Shown here: positions 38,081-47,980 of the stretch, piece by piece
How the letters are laid out: each line of letters begins with the position of its first letter
Position numbering within the stretch: position 1 is the stretch's first letter
Origin: Armatimonadota bacterium
Lineage (GTDB): Bacteria > Armatimonadota > JAAZEB01
Length of the DNA: 56,722 bases
Direction: 5' to 3'
NCBI GenBank assembly: GCA_012512505.1
Contig: JAAZEB010000153.1
Location: 1-56,722, forward strand
Made by a program: the position numbers and the translations under genes
The notes under the pieces: model-generated
What the model saw: only the letters and a program-made list of their open reading frames with translations
Databases searched by the model: none
What the model was told of the DNA's origin: nothing

Positions 38081-39473
38081 CGGCGGTATAGATGCGGCGC
38101 TGGCGGGTGTAGTTCCGCGGGCGGGTGAATCCTTCGCCGGTTGGGCCCGCCAGCGTCATCGCCAGGTAGCCGGACCCGGGCGGGCCGTTCCCCTCCACGC
38201 TGGGAGCGTTGACCACGGTGAGGGTGCAGGCCATGCGGTCGGTGAACGCCTGGATGCGCCCCAGCAGCCGCGAGTGGATGATCGCCGTGTGACGGAAGCC
38301 GTGCTCCAGCGTCGCGGCGAGCTCCAGCGCCTCGGAGAAGTCACGCGCCCGCAGCAGCGGCAGCACCGGCATGAGCTGCTCGTGGACCGCCAGCGGGTGG
38401 TCGCGCGGCGCCTCGAACACCGCCAGCCGCGGGTCGCCCGAGACGGACACCCCGGCGTCACGGAGGATAACGCTCGCGTCTTTGCCCACATACGCCTTGT
38501 TCAGGGCGTTGTCGCGCCACACCAGGTTGGTGACCGCCTCAATCTCACGGCCGGTCAGCTCGTAGGCGCCGGCCGCCTTCAGCTCGCGCATCAGGTCGCC
38601 CGCCACCGCATCGACGACGATGATCTCCTTCTCGCAGATGCAAGGCAGGTCGTTGTCGAAGGAGGCACCCCGGAGGATCGCCCGGGCCCCGCGCCGCAGG
38701 TCGGCCGTCTCATCCACGACAACCGGCGGGTTGCCCGGCCCGGCAGCGATTGCCTTCTTGCCAGACTCCAGGGCGGCGCGCACCACGCCCGGGCCGCCGG
38801 TGGCGTTCACCAGGCGCACCCGCGGATGCTTCATGATCGCGCCGGCCGAGCGGATGTCTGGCTCCGCCAGGCAGGTGAGGAGGTTGCGCGGCGCGCCGGC
38901 GGCCACCATGGCCTCGTTCAGCAGTGTCATCGCCTTCTGGCTGCACGCCCGGGCGCTGGGATGGGGGCAGAAGACCACCGCGTTCCCCGCCGACAAGATC
39001 AGGATCGCGTTGTTGATGATGGTGGAAGTGGGGTTCGTCACCGGGGCAATCGCCGCCACCACGCCGACCGGGTCATAGACCTGCACCACGCTGCCGCTCT
39101 CATTGCGGCCGTACTCGCTCGGCAAGTCCTCCACGCCGGGGGCGTAGCGCGCGTTGAAGCGGTTCTTGAGGACCTTGTCCTCGTAGCGGCCCATCCGGGT
39201 CTCGTCCACGGCTAGGCGCGCCAGCATCTCGGCGTGCTCGTCGCCACAACGCCGCACGGCCGCGATGATCTCCTTGCGCTTCTCCAGGCCGAGGGCGGCA
39301 AACGCCCGCTGCGCCTCGTCGGCTGCCCCTATGGCATCCTCCACCGTCCGGAACACGCCGTGGCCCTCCGGATCCGGGGCAAGCCCATGCGCGGTCGGCG
39401 CGCTCGCCGTCGGCTGCAGCGCGCGCATCACGTCCTCGACGATCTGGCGGATCTGGTTCTCGTCTATCTGCAT
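38070..39473 (-). CDS. CoA-acylating aldehyde dehydrogenase (EutE/PduP-like) with N-terminal encapsulation peptide
   Basis: PVTNPTST, CPHP, TGGPGVV, AGPGNPPVVVDETAD, SFDNDLPCICEKE and GPTGEG; N-term IDENQIRQIVEDVMRAL. Confidence 0.93.
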   Translation of the reverse strand: MQIDENQIRQIVEDVMRALQPTASAPTAHGLAPDPEGHGVFRTVEDAIGAADEAQRAFAALGLEKRKEIIAAVRRCGDEHAEMLARLAVDETRMGRYEDKVLKNRFNARYAPGVEDLPSEYGRNESGSVVQVYDPVGVVAAIAPVTNPTSTIINNAILILSAGNAVVFCPHPSARACSQKAMTLLNEAMVAAGAPRNLLTCLAEPDIRSAGAIMKHPRVRLVNATGGPGVVRAALESGKKAIAAGPGNPPVVVDETADLRRGARAILRGASFDNDLPCICEKEIIVVDAVAGDLMRELKAAGAYELTGREIEAVTNLVWRDNALNKAYVGKDASVILRDAGVSVSGDPRLAVFEAPRDHPLAVHEQLMPVLPLLRARDFSEALELAATLEHGFRHTAIIHSRLLGRIQAFTDRMACTLTVVNAPSVEGNGPPGSGYLAMTLAGPTGEGFTRPRNYTRQRRIYTAVDG

Positions 39474-39516
39474 CGACCCGAACCCCTGTTCCCTACCCTC
39501 CCGGAAGCGGGCCAGC

Positions 39517-39744
39517 GTGCCCGAGCAATCGGGCATCGGCGGTTGGAATGCCGCATCGCTGCGGCACTCCGTTGCTCTCCCAGGCAACTGGCCGGAGTGC
39601 CCGAGCAATCGGGCCTCTGCGGTTGGAATGCCGCATCGCTGCGGCACTCCGCTGCTCTCCCAGGCAACTGGCCGGAGTGCCCGAGCAATCGGGCCTCTGC
39701 GGTTGAATGCCGCATCGCTGCGGCACTCCGCTGCTCTTTCCGGG
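39517..39744. repeat. tandem array of three near-identical 80-bp REP-like doublets inside the BMC operon
   Basis: GTGCCCGAGCAATCGGGC starts at 39517, 39597 and 39677, each followed by GCCGCATCGCTGCGGCACTCCG. Confidence 0.9.
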
Positions 39745-39810
39745 CGCCGTTCGTGGGGCGCCGTAAACGACGCCCCTGACCCGGCCGGTGTGGTTGCTCG
39801 CGAACGACGC

Positions 39811-40086
39811 CTAACCCGGCGCAACCTCCACCTGGTCGACGATCCCGATGATCGCCGCGTCGACAGGGGCGGGGGCTTCACCGCGCAGCGCCGCCCGCGC
39901 CTGCGAGCCAACGCTCACCAGCACCAGTTCGCTGACGCCCGCGCCGACCACGTCGGCGGCCACCATCGGGTTGCCGGTGGCAACGAGGGCGCGGTCCAGC
40001 GGCTGGACCAAAAGCAGCTTGTAGCCGTTCAGGCCCGCGTGCTTCTGCGTGGACACCACCGTGCCGACGACTCGCGCCAGTATCAT
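39811..40086 (-). CDS. eutN: BMC-P vertex protein (EutN/CcmL family)
   Basis: MILARVVGTVVSTQKH..L.G.KLLLVQ, DVVGAG and PVDAAIIGIVD. Confidence 0.95.
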   Translation of the reverse strand: MILARVVGTVVSTQKHAGLNGYKLLLVQPLDRALVATGNPMVAADVVGAGVSELVLVSVGSQARAALRGEAPAPVDAAIIGIVDQVEVAPG

Positions 40087-40089
40087 CCT

Positions 40090-40886
40090 TCACCTCAGCT
40101 CGATCCGCACCCCAAGGCGCTCCGCCGTCTCCCGCGCCACGTGCGTCACCACGCTGCCAGCCGCCGCCAGCAGGCAGGACTGCCCCGCGGCCGCCGCCTG
40201 GCGCACGTCTTCCCCGGTAATCACCGTGCGCTCCAGCATCGGCGCCGCCGGGCCGGCGCCTTCGAGCGCCTGTCGCGCGGCCGCCGCCAACTCGCCGGCA
40301 TCCACCAGGCGCACCCCAAACTCTGCCAGGCGCGCCAGGTGGCCCTCCAGCACGCGGCGCATCGCCTCCGGACCGCGGCGGGTGGCCACAGCCGGCACGT
40401 CCGCGGCCGGGTCGGCGCCGTTGCGCGCGGCCACCACCGGCTTCGCCAGCATCAACGCCTGCCAGATCGCCTCCGCCGCCAGGATGTCGGCGAGGCCCAC
40501 CGCCAGGCCGGCCGCCGCGTGGCGTGTCAGTGCCGGCACCAGCACCAGCGCGTACGGCGCCAGCAGGGCCGCCACATCCGCCGCCGCGTCTGGCGCCAGC
40601 ACGACGCCCCCCGTCGCCGCGCGCACCCGCTCGGCACCGATAGCCGCCGTCGCGCCCGGCGCAAGGAGCGAGTCGATCTGAAAGCCAAGCCGGCGCAGCT
40701 CGGTGAGCTGCAGCAGCGCCGTCTCCAGCCCCGGCGCCGCCCCGGTGAAGAGGGCAAGCGCCCGCGGCCCGGACGGCTCCGGGGCGCTTGGGGCCGGCTC
40801 CGGCACGGGCTGACCCAGCGCTTCCCGCACTCGCTCGGCCACCAGCGCCGCGATGCGCGCAATCTCGGCTCGCTCTTGCTCGGGGG

Positions 40887-40890
<4 letters not shown>
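40090..40890 (-). CDS. BMC-associated flavoprotein-like protein with N-terminal encapsulation-peptide-like helix
   Basis: ALALFTGA, LVPALT..AAGLAVGLAD, ALMLAKPVVAA and LAEFGVRL; C-term VITGEDV..VVTHVARETA. Confidence 0.75.
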
Positions 40891-41528
<638 letters not shown>

Positions 41529-41534
41529 CAGGCG

Positions 41535-41813
41535 CTAGCTTCCGTCCGGCAGCACCTTGTCCACCTCGGCGTGTGGCCGGGCGATGATGTTGGTGGCGAC
41601 CAACTCGCCGAGCGAGCGCGCCGCCGCGGCGCCGGCCTCTACCGCCGCCTGCACCGCCGCCACCTCGCCCTCGACCACGGCCGACACCAGGCCCGAGCCG
41701 ATCTGCTCGTAGCCGACGAAGCGCACATCCGCCGCCTTCAACATCGCGTCGGCCGCCTCGATCAGGGCCACCAGACCTCGCGTCTCGACGAAACCGATTG
41801 CCTGACGCGCCAT
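41535..41813 (-). CDS. BMC-H shell hexamer protein
   Basis: [31 protein letters not shown] and IIARPH. Confidence 0.95.
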   Translation of the reverse strand: MARQAIGFVETRGLVALIEAADAMLKAADVRFVGYEQIGSGLVSAVVEGEVAAVQAAVEAGAAAARSLGELVATNIIARPHAEVDKVLPDGS

Positions 41814-41917
41814 TGGCTGCCCACCCTTTCTGCCCACGCCGGGAGCCAACCGACCGATAGCATCACCCGGCCGGCGCTATCCCGGCACCGCTGCCGGTGT
41901 TGGCGGATTGCCGGGGG

Positions 41918-42202
41918 TTACTCCGTCGCCAACTGGAACCTGCTGAGCAGTGCTTCGAGGTCTTCGTGCGGCCGGGCGATGACATGGACCGAGATGATCT
42001 CGCCGACCTTTTTGGCCGAAGCAGCGCCGGCATCCACGGCGGCCCGCACCGCGCCCACGTCGCCGCGCACCATCACGGTCACCAACCCGGAGCCGATCTG
42101 CGCGTAGCCGACGAGGCGGACGGTCGCCGCCTTCACCATGGCGTCGGCGGCTTCCACCGCCCCCACCAAACCGCGGGTCTCCACCATACCGAGAGCTTCC
42201 AT
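41918..42202 (-). CDS. BMC-H shell hexamer protein (EutM/PduA-like)
   Basis: [38 protein letters not shown] and HVIARPH. Confidence 0.96.
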   Translation of the reverse strand: MEALGMVETRGLVGAVEAADAMVKAATVRLVGYAQIGSGLVTVMVRGDVGAVRAAVDAGAASAKKVGEIISVHVIARPHEDLEALLSRFQLATE

Positions 42203-42223
42203 GACTCCTCCGTCTGTTCAGGC

Positions 42224-42604
42224 TCAGTCCATCTCGCCCCGGGCGCGTGGGCCCAGGCCAACCGTCTCTCGCGAGCGGATCAGCGGCGTCGTTTCGTCAT
42301 CCGGCCGGGCGATGACCTGGGTGGCCACCACCTGGTTGACGCGCCCGGCCCACTCCCTCGCCGCTTCCACCGCCACCTGCACCGCGGCGACGCTCCCCTC
42401 GATCTTCACGCACACCCAGCCCTTGCCCCGGGTCAGGTGGTATCCCAACACGGTGACGTCTGCGGCTTTGGCCGCGGCGTCGGCCGCCTGGATCGCCGCC
42501 GTGTAGCCGTACGTCTCCAGCAGGCCAAGCGCCCGCGGGGCCTCCGGGGCGGAGTCGGCCGCGCGCGACGGGCGGCGAGAGGAACGCTGTCTGGGCATCG
42601 GCAC
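42224..42604 (-). CDS. divergent BMC-H shell protein (PduK-like) with N- and C-terminal extensions
   Basis: ALGLLETYG..AAIQAADAAAKAADV, TRGKGW and VIARP; start 42604 or 42598. Confidence 0.9.
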   Translation of the reverse strand: MPMPRQRSSRRPSRAADSAPEAPRALGLLETYGYTAAIQAADAAAKAADVTVLGYHLTRGKGWVCVKIEGSVAAVQVAVEAAREWAGRVNQVVATQVIARPDDETTPLIRSRETVGLGPRARGEMD

Positions 42605-42626
42605 AACACCCCTTCCGCGGGCAGGC

Positions 42627-43442
42627 CTACCGGCTCCTTAAGCTCTGCAGCACCTCGCGGGTGATCCGCTCGACCAGCTCACGGGTGTGCCCCTCGGCGG
42701 CGGCTGGGGACGGCTCACCAACCCCGCAGACGGGGCAGTCTTCCCCCATGCAGGTGGGCGAGCGCGGCACGCAGACGGGCGGGGCGGCGGGGTGCTTCAA
42801 GCCGAAGCGCTCGCGCAACCCGTACAGCTCCTGCACCCGCTCTGTCGGCAGCCCCTGCGCGCCGCCCAGCAAGCGCGCCGTCAGCAGGATCTTGGCGAAG
42901 TGCTCGATCGTCTCCATCTTGTAGTAGGCGGCAAAGAGGTCCGGGCCGATGGTGACCGCGCCGTGGTTCGCCAGCAGGAAGGCATCGTACTGGTGTAGGT
43001 AATCTTTCAGTGACTCCGGCAGCTCCGGGCTCCCCGGGAGCGCGTAGGGGCACAGCGGCACCCCCCCGAGGTTGACGATCACCTCGGGCAATACGCACTC
43101 CTGCAGCGAGAGGCCGGCGGCGGCGAAGCCGGTGGCCGTGGGCGGGTGGGCGTGGACCACGGCCTTCACGTCGGGGCGCTGGCGGTAGATCTCCAGGTGG
43201 ATCAGGATCTCGGAAGAGGGCCGGTAGGCGCCCTCGAGGGGGTTCGCCTCCATATCCACCTTGCAGATCATGTCGGGGGTGAGGAAGCCCTTGCTCATGC
43301 CGGTCGGGGTGGCCAGCACCTCGTTCTCGCTGATCCGCAGGCTGAAGTTGCCGTCGTTGGCTGCCACGTACTCGCGCAGCCAGATGCGCCGGCCGATCTC
43401 ACACAGCTCCTGCTTCCACTGGGTCTCGCTGGTCACGCTCAT
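42627..43442 (-). CDS. class II aldolase (FucA/RhaD/Ald2-like) with C-terminal encapsulation peptide
   Basis: NDGNFS, TPTGMSK, PSSEILIH, VVHAHPP and NHGAV; C-term RELVERITREVLQSL. Confidence 0.93.
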   Translation of the reverse strand: MSVTSETQWKQELCEIGRRIWLREYVAANDGNFSLRISENEVLATPTGMSKGFLTPDMICKVDMEANPLEGAYRPSSEILIHLEIYRQRPDVKAVVHAHPPTATGFAAAGLSLQECVLPEVIVNLGGVPLCPYALPGSPELPESLKDYLHQYDAFLLANHGAVTIGPDLFAAYYKMETIEHFAKILLTARLLGGAQGLPTERVQELYGLRERFGLKHPAAPPVCVPRSPTCMGEDCPVCGVGEPSPAAAEGHTRELVERITREVLQSLRSR

Positions 43443-43666
43443 GATAGGCCGATCTCACTGGAGAGAAGTGGCAGCGGCCGGCATCCCCCGTCGTAGGAGG
43501 CGCCTTCGCCATCAGGCGCGCCCCCTACCCGCTGCCCGCGGGGGCCGGCCCGCCGGCAGGTGGCAAGCGCCCACCGGGCGAATGCCCCGACCGAAAACAC
43601 CGCGGGTGATGCTCACCCGTGTGCCCCGCACACGGCGGACCTCCAGGCGCGCGGGCAACCTGGCCT

Positions 43667-43695
43667 ATTGTAGCCTCTGGGCGGCCGGTTGTCAA
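43667..43695 (-). promoter_or_regulatory. sigma70-type promoter for the BMC operon
   Basis: minus-strand TTGACA-N17-TACAAT. Confidence 0.65.
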
Positions 43696-43816
43696 CCAGC
43701 GCAAGGAGATCGGCGGCTCCGTGGCGTAGTTGAGACGTGCCGGTCTCCTGGCGCGCCATCTGGCGACGCCTTGCGCCCCGCCACGCGCTCAGGAACCGAC
43801 CGCGAAGGCAGCAACC

Positions 43817-46204
43817 ATGAGACCACACCAGACCCGAGCGACCCACTACCGCGTGCTTGTTACCCTGACGGGGTTCCTCTTGCTGACGGCCGCGCTCCCT
43901 GCCGGCGCCGCCGCCGATGCGTCGCTGCTGTTGGCCCGCCAGGGGAAAGCCATGGCGACGATCGTCCTGGCGGATGACGCTTCCGCCCCGGAGCGAACCG
44001 CCGCCCTGGAACTGGCCCACTACCTGGGGAAGGTCACCGGCGGCACCTTCCGCATCGTGCGCGAGGCCGCCGCCCCCAAGCAGGGCACCTGCCTCTACGT
44101 TGGGCCCACGCGCTTTGCCCGCCGCAACGGGCTGGATGCCGCCAAGCTCGGGCCGGAGGAGTGGGTTCATCACACCGCCGCGCCCCACTTGATCCTCACC
44201 GGCGGTCGGCCCCGGGGCACGCTTTACTCGGTCTACCGCTTCCTGGAGGACCGTATCGGCGTTCACTGGTGGACCCCCTTTGATGAGTCGGTGCCGCGCA
44301 AGCCTGATCTAAAGTTGGCCGCGCGCAACCGCCGGGGCCAGCCGGTATTCCGCTACCGCGACATCTACATGCTGTATGGCAACGACGGCGGACGCTTCGC
44401 CGCGCGCAACCGCCTCAACCGCGAGGGAGATGCCCGCATCGACGCCCGCTACGGCGGCTGCATGGACTACGGCCCGCCTTACCACGTCCACACGTTCTAC
44501 ATGTACCTGCCGCCGGAGCAGTACCTGGCGGAGCACCCGGACTGGTTCTCGCTAATCGACGGGAAGCGCGTTGGTGGACAGGCGCAGCTTTGCCTCACCA
44601 ACCAGGAGATGCGCGCCGTCTTCCTGCAGAAGCTGAAGCGCTACATTGAGGAGTCGCGAGCGGCGGCGAAGAAAGCGGGTGAGCCGGCGCCGCTCGTCTT
44701 CAGCGTTTCCCAGAACGACTGGGGCGGGCAGTGCCAGTGCGAGCCGTGCCAGGCGATCACCAAGGCCGAAGGCTCGGAGGCCGGCCCCCTGCTCGATTTC
44801 GTCAACTACCTGGCCGATGCCATCCGCGACGAATACCCCGAGGTTTCCCTCGATACCCTGGCCTACATGTATACCCAGCAGGCGCCGAAAACGATGCGCG
44901 TGCGCGACAACGTGATCATCCGCCTCTGTGACACCACCAGCAACTTCACCCGCACGATCACCGACCCGGAGAACCGGGCGTTCCGCGAGCACCTCCGAAG
45001 CTGGGCACGCATCGCCAAAAACCTGCGCGTGTGGGACTACGCCGTGACCTACGCGACGCCCTACGGCCTGCCGCTCGCCTCGCTGCATACCTATCCGGTG
45101 GACTACCGGTTCTACGCTGAGAACAACGTGGAGGGTGTCTTCACCGAGCACGAGTATCCCATCCTGGCCGACATGCGTGACCTGAAGGTCTGGATGATGA
45201 TGAAGCTGCTGGAGGACCCCTACCGCGACTACAACGCCCTCCTGCGCCAGTTCACCGACGGCTACTACGGGCCGGCCGCGCCGCAGATCCGCGAGTATCT
45301 GCGCCAACTGCAGACTGCCGCCGCCACCAAGATCAGCTACCTGAGCATGGGGGCCTCGCCACAAAGCCACCACTACCTCGATCTGCGCTTCGTGCGCGCC
45401 GCCCAGCGTATCTTCGACCGCGCCGAGGCCGCCGTTGCCGCCAAGCCGACACTGCTGCGGCGGGTGCGCTTTGCCCGTCTGCCGCTGGACCGAGCCACCC
45501 TGGTGCTCTACTCCAAGCTAGCGCAAGAGTGGGTAGCCGGGGGCAACCCGCCAGAGGCGATGCCGCTAGACCGCGATGCCGTGGCCCGGCGCTGCAAGGC
45601 CACCTGGTACGCGGAAGCCGAGCGCCGACTCCCCGAAGCAGAGCGCGCCAAGGAGCGTGCCGCCGCCGACAAGGAGATCACCCCCTTGCTGGCGCGGAAA
45701 GTCCTCGTTCCCCTGCCGGAGCGGTTCCGCGGGCTCCCGGCTGGCACCGTCGTAGATTTCCTCGCCGACACCACCCGCAACTGGAACGACATCGCCAAGG
45801 TGGTGCCCGACCCCGAGGCGGAGAGCGGGGTCACCAACCGCCTGGAGCTTTCGGCAGAGGACATGGAAAAGTATGCCCTGCCGATGCCGTGGGGCCTCTA
45901 CGATCAGCTTGGGGCGAAGGACGCCGGCAGCAGCAACATCACCGCCGACATGGTTCCTGGCCCTGGCTACCACTGGTATCGCCTGGGCAGCTTCATCCTC
46001 AAGCCCTCCTACTACCTCTACTTCTTCTGGAGCTGGATCATCCAGGTGGATGTGGACAGCGCCTGCGACCCGCAGCATCCCGACCAGCAGTGGGAGGTGT
46101 GGGCACGCATCAAGTTTGAGGGCCCCGGCTTCCCCCACGGCCGGTCAGATCAACAGAACGCTATCTGCGTCGAGCGCGTCATCCTGAAGAGGGTAAACCC
46201 CTGA
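43817..46204 (+). CDS. secreted DUF4838-like (glycoside hydrolase-like) protein
   Basis: signal peptide; AALELAHYLGKVTG, RGTLYSVYRFLE, HTFY, HPDWFSL, QLCLTN, SVSQND, CQCEPC, TLAY and YYGPAA. Confidence 0.82.
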   Translation: MRPHQTRATHYRVLVTLTGFLLLTAALPAGAAADASLLLARQGKAMATIVLADDASAPERTAALELAHYLGKVTGGTFRIVREAAAPKQGTCLYVGPTRFARRNGLDAAKLGPEEWVHHTAAPHLILTGGRPRGTLYSVYRFLEDRIGVHWWTPFDESVPRKPDLKLAARNRRGQPVFRYRDIYMLYGNDGGRFAARNRLNREGDARIDARYGGCMDYGPPYHVHTFYMYLPPEQYLAEHPDWFSLIDGKRVGGQAQLCLTNQEMRAVFLQKLKRYIEESRAAAKKAGEPAPLVFSVSQNDWGGQCQCEPCQAITKAEGSEAGPLLDFVNYLADAIRDEYPEVSLDTLAYMYTQQAPKTMRVRDNVIIRLCDTTSNFTRTITDPENRAFREHLRSWARIAKNLRVWDYAVTYATPYGLPLASLHTYPVDYRFYAENNVEGVFTEHEYPILADMRDLKVWMMMKLLEDPYRDYNALLRQFTDGYYGPAAPQIREYLRQLQTAAATKISYLSMGASPQSHHYLDLRFVRAAQRIFDRAEAAVAAKPTLLRRVRFARLPLDRATLVLYSKLAQEWVAGGNPPEAMPLDRDAVARRCKATWYAEAERRLPEAERAKERAAADKEITPLLARKVLVPLPERFRGLPAGTVVDFLADTTRNWNDIAKVVPDPEAESGVTNRLELSAEDMEKYALPMPWGLYDQLGAKDAGSSNITADMVPGPGYHWYRLGSFILKPSYYLYFFWSWIIQVDVDSACDPQHPDQQWEVWARIKFEGPGFPHGRSDQQNAICVERVILKRVNP

Positions 46205-46219
46205 GCGAGGAGGAGAGGG

Positions 46220-47980
46220 ATGGCGAGCTACCAGCCTGAGCTTCCCCTGCGCCACATCGCGTCGCGCAGCAGCCGCACGATCAAGACCGGTTACCAGCGC
46301 TTCGAGCGCCCGGTTTATGACTACGATACGCGTTACGCGCCTTGCCGTGCTCACTGCCCGGCCGGCCACGACATCGCCTGGGCGATCCACCTCGCCAGCC
46401 GCGGCCGGTTCGATCTGGCCCGGGAAGCGTTCGCCGAGGAAAGCCCCTTCCCCGCCATCACCGGCCGCGTCTGCTACCACCCTTGCGAGGGCGCCTGCAA
46501 CCGTGCCGACTACGACCAGCCGATTGCCATCAACGCCCTGGAGCGTGCCTTTGCCGAGCACGGCGCCGCCGCCGTGCCCCACGCCGTGGCCAGCGTGTAT
46601 GAGGAGAGCATCGGCGTCGTCGGCGCCGGTCCGGCGGGGTTGACCTGCGCCTACCACCTGGTGCGTTTGGGCTATCCGGTCACCGTTTACGATGCCAACC
46701 CCACGCCGGGCGGGGTGCTGGCTCACGGGATTCCGGCCTACCGGCTGCCGCGCGCGGTGGTGGCGGCAGAGATCGCCGCCTTGCGCGCGCAAGGCATCGT
46801 CTTCCGCTGCGGCGTGCGGGTGGGAACAGACGTTTCGCTGGCGGAGCTGCGCGAGCGGCACGACGCGCTGTTTCTTGCGCCGGGCCTGGCCCGCCCGCGC
46901 TCCCTCTCGATCCCGGTGCCGGAGGATCCCCGCGTGGAGGCGGCCATTCGCTTCCTGCGCGCGGTAGCCGCCGGGAAGGAGCGTCGCTTCAGCGGCCAGG
47001 TGGTGGTGATCGGCGGCGGCGACGTGGCGATAGACGCGGCACGTTCCGCCGTGCGGCTGGGCGCCGCCAAGGTCATCCTCTGCTGCGCCGAGGCGCGCAC
47101 CAACATGCCCGCCCACCCGGAGGAGGTGGACGCCGCTCGCCAAGAAGGGATCGAGATCCTGGACCGGGTGGCACCCGAGAGCATCCAGGCAAGTGATGGC
47201 GGGCTGCACCTGTCGCTGGTGGCGGTGCAGCACCTGCGCCGGGGCGAAGACGGCAGCATCCTGTTCGACGTGGCGGCGGCCGAGCGGCGGGTGCTAAAGG
47301 CGGCACACGTCCTCTACGCCGTCGGGCAGGAGGCAGACCTCTCCTTCCTGCCCGCTCCCCACTCCCGCAAGCGCCGGCTGCGTGTGGATGCCTGGGGCCA
47401 GACCAGCGTGCCGGGCCTCTTCGCCGGGGGCGACATCACCGGCACCTACAGCGTGGTGAACGCCATCAGCGGCGGCAAGCGGGCGGCCATCGGCCTGGAC
47501 GCCTTCCTGCGCGGGCTGAACCTGGAGGATGCCGAGGAGCGGATCCGGGTGGGCCCACACGGCGTCGTATCGATGCGCGCCTACCTTGCCCTGCGGCGGG
47601 GCGAGCCGAACCCGCCGATCACCCGGCCGGTGCGCCTCCAGGCAATCAACCTCGACTACTTCCCACCGGCGGCACGCACGCCGGTGAGCGAACTGGGGCA
47701 CTCCACGCGCGCCGCCTCGTTCGCCGAAGTGAACCTGGCGCTGTCGCCGGAAGAAGCCGTGGCCGAGGCACAACGCTGCTTCCACTGCGGCACCTGCACG
47801 ATGTGCGGCAACTGCTTCCGCTACTGCCCCGATTCCTCCGTGATCCAACTGGAGGACTGGGGCTTCTCCATTGACCTCGACCACTGCAAGGGGTGCGGCG
47901 TGTGCGTTGAAGAGTGCCCGCGCGACGCGATGTCGATGGTGCCAGAAGGGGAGTTGGTGCGTGAAGGCAGCAGCCGCTAA
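46220..47980 (+). CDS. GltD/NfnB-like FAD/NAD(P) oxidoreductase fused to a PorD-type 2x[4Fe-4S] ferredoxin
   Basis: PCRAHCP, GRVCYHPCEGAC, GAGPAG, GGGDVAID and FAGGD; C-term RCFHCG, CTMCGNCFRYCPD and CKGCGVCVEECP. Confidence 0.9.
   Translation: MASYQPELPLRHIASRSSRTIKTGYQRFERPVYDYDTRYAPCRAHCPAGHDIAWAIHLASRGRFDLAREAFAEESPFPAITGRVCYHPCEGACNRADYDQPIAINALERAFAEHGAAAVPHAVASVYEESIGVVGAGPAGLTCAYHLVRLGYPVTVYDANPTPGGVLAHGIPAYRLPRAVVAAEIAALRAQGIVFRCGVRVGTDVSLAELRERHDALFLAPGLARPRSLSIPVPEDPRVEAAIRFLRAVAAGKERRFSGQVVVIGGGDVAIDAARSAVRLGAAKVILCCAEARTNMPAHPEEVDAARQEGIEILDRVAPESIQASDGGLHLSLVAVQHLRRGEDGSILFDVAAAERRVLKAAHVLYAVGQEADLSFLPAPHSRKRRLRVDAWGQTSVPGLFAGGDITGTYSVVNAISGGKRAAIGLDAFLRGLNLEDAEERIRVGPHGVVSMRAYLALRRGEPNPPITRPVRLQAINLDYFPPAARTPVSELGHSTRAASFAEVNLALSPEEAVAEAQRCFHCGTCTMCGNCFRYCPDSSVIQLEDWGFSIDLDHCKGCGVCVEECPRDAMSMVPEGELVREGSSR

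Noticed and set aside
39517-39744. CRISPR array interpretation of the 80-bp tandem repeats (also 20812-21039)
   Set aside because: The units are near-identical along their whole length with no unique spacers, no cas genes are present, and the same motif is dispersed as single copies.
39474-39911. 146-aa N-terminal extension of the aldehyde dehydrogenase in the ORF track
   Set aside because: It is the translated repeat array and overlaps eutN; the EP-bearing start at 39473 fits the family.
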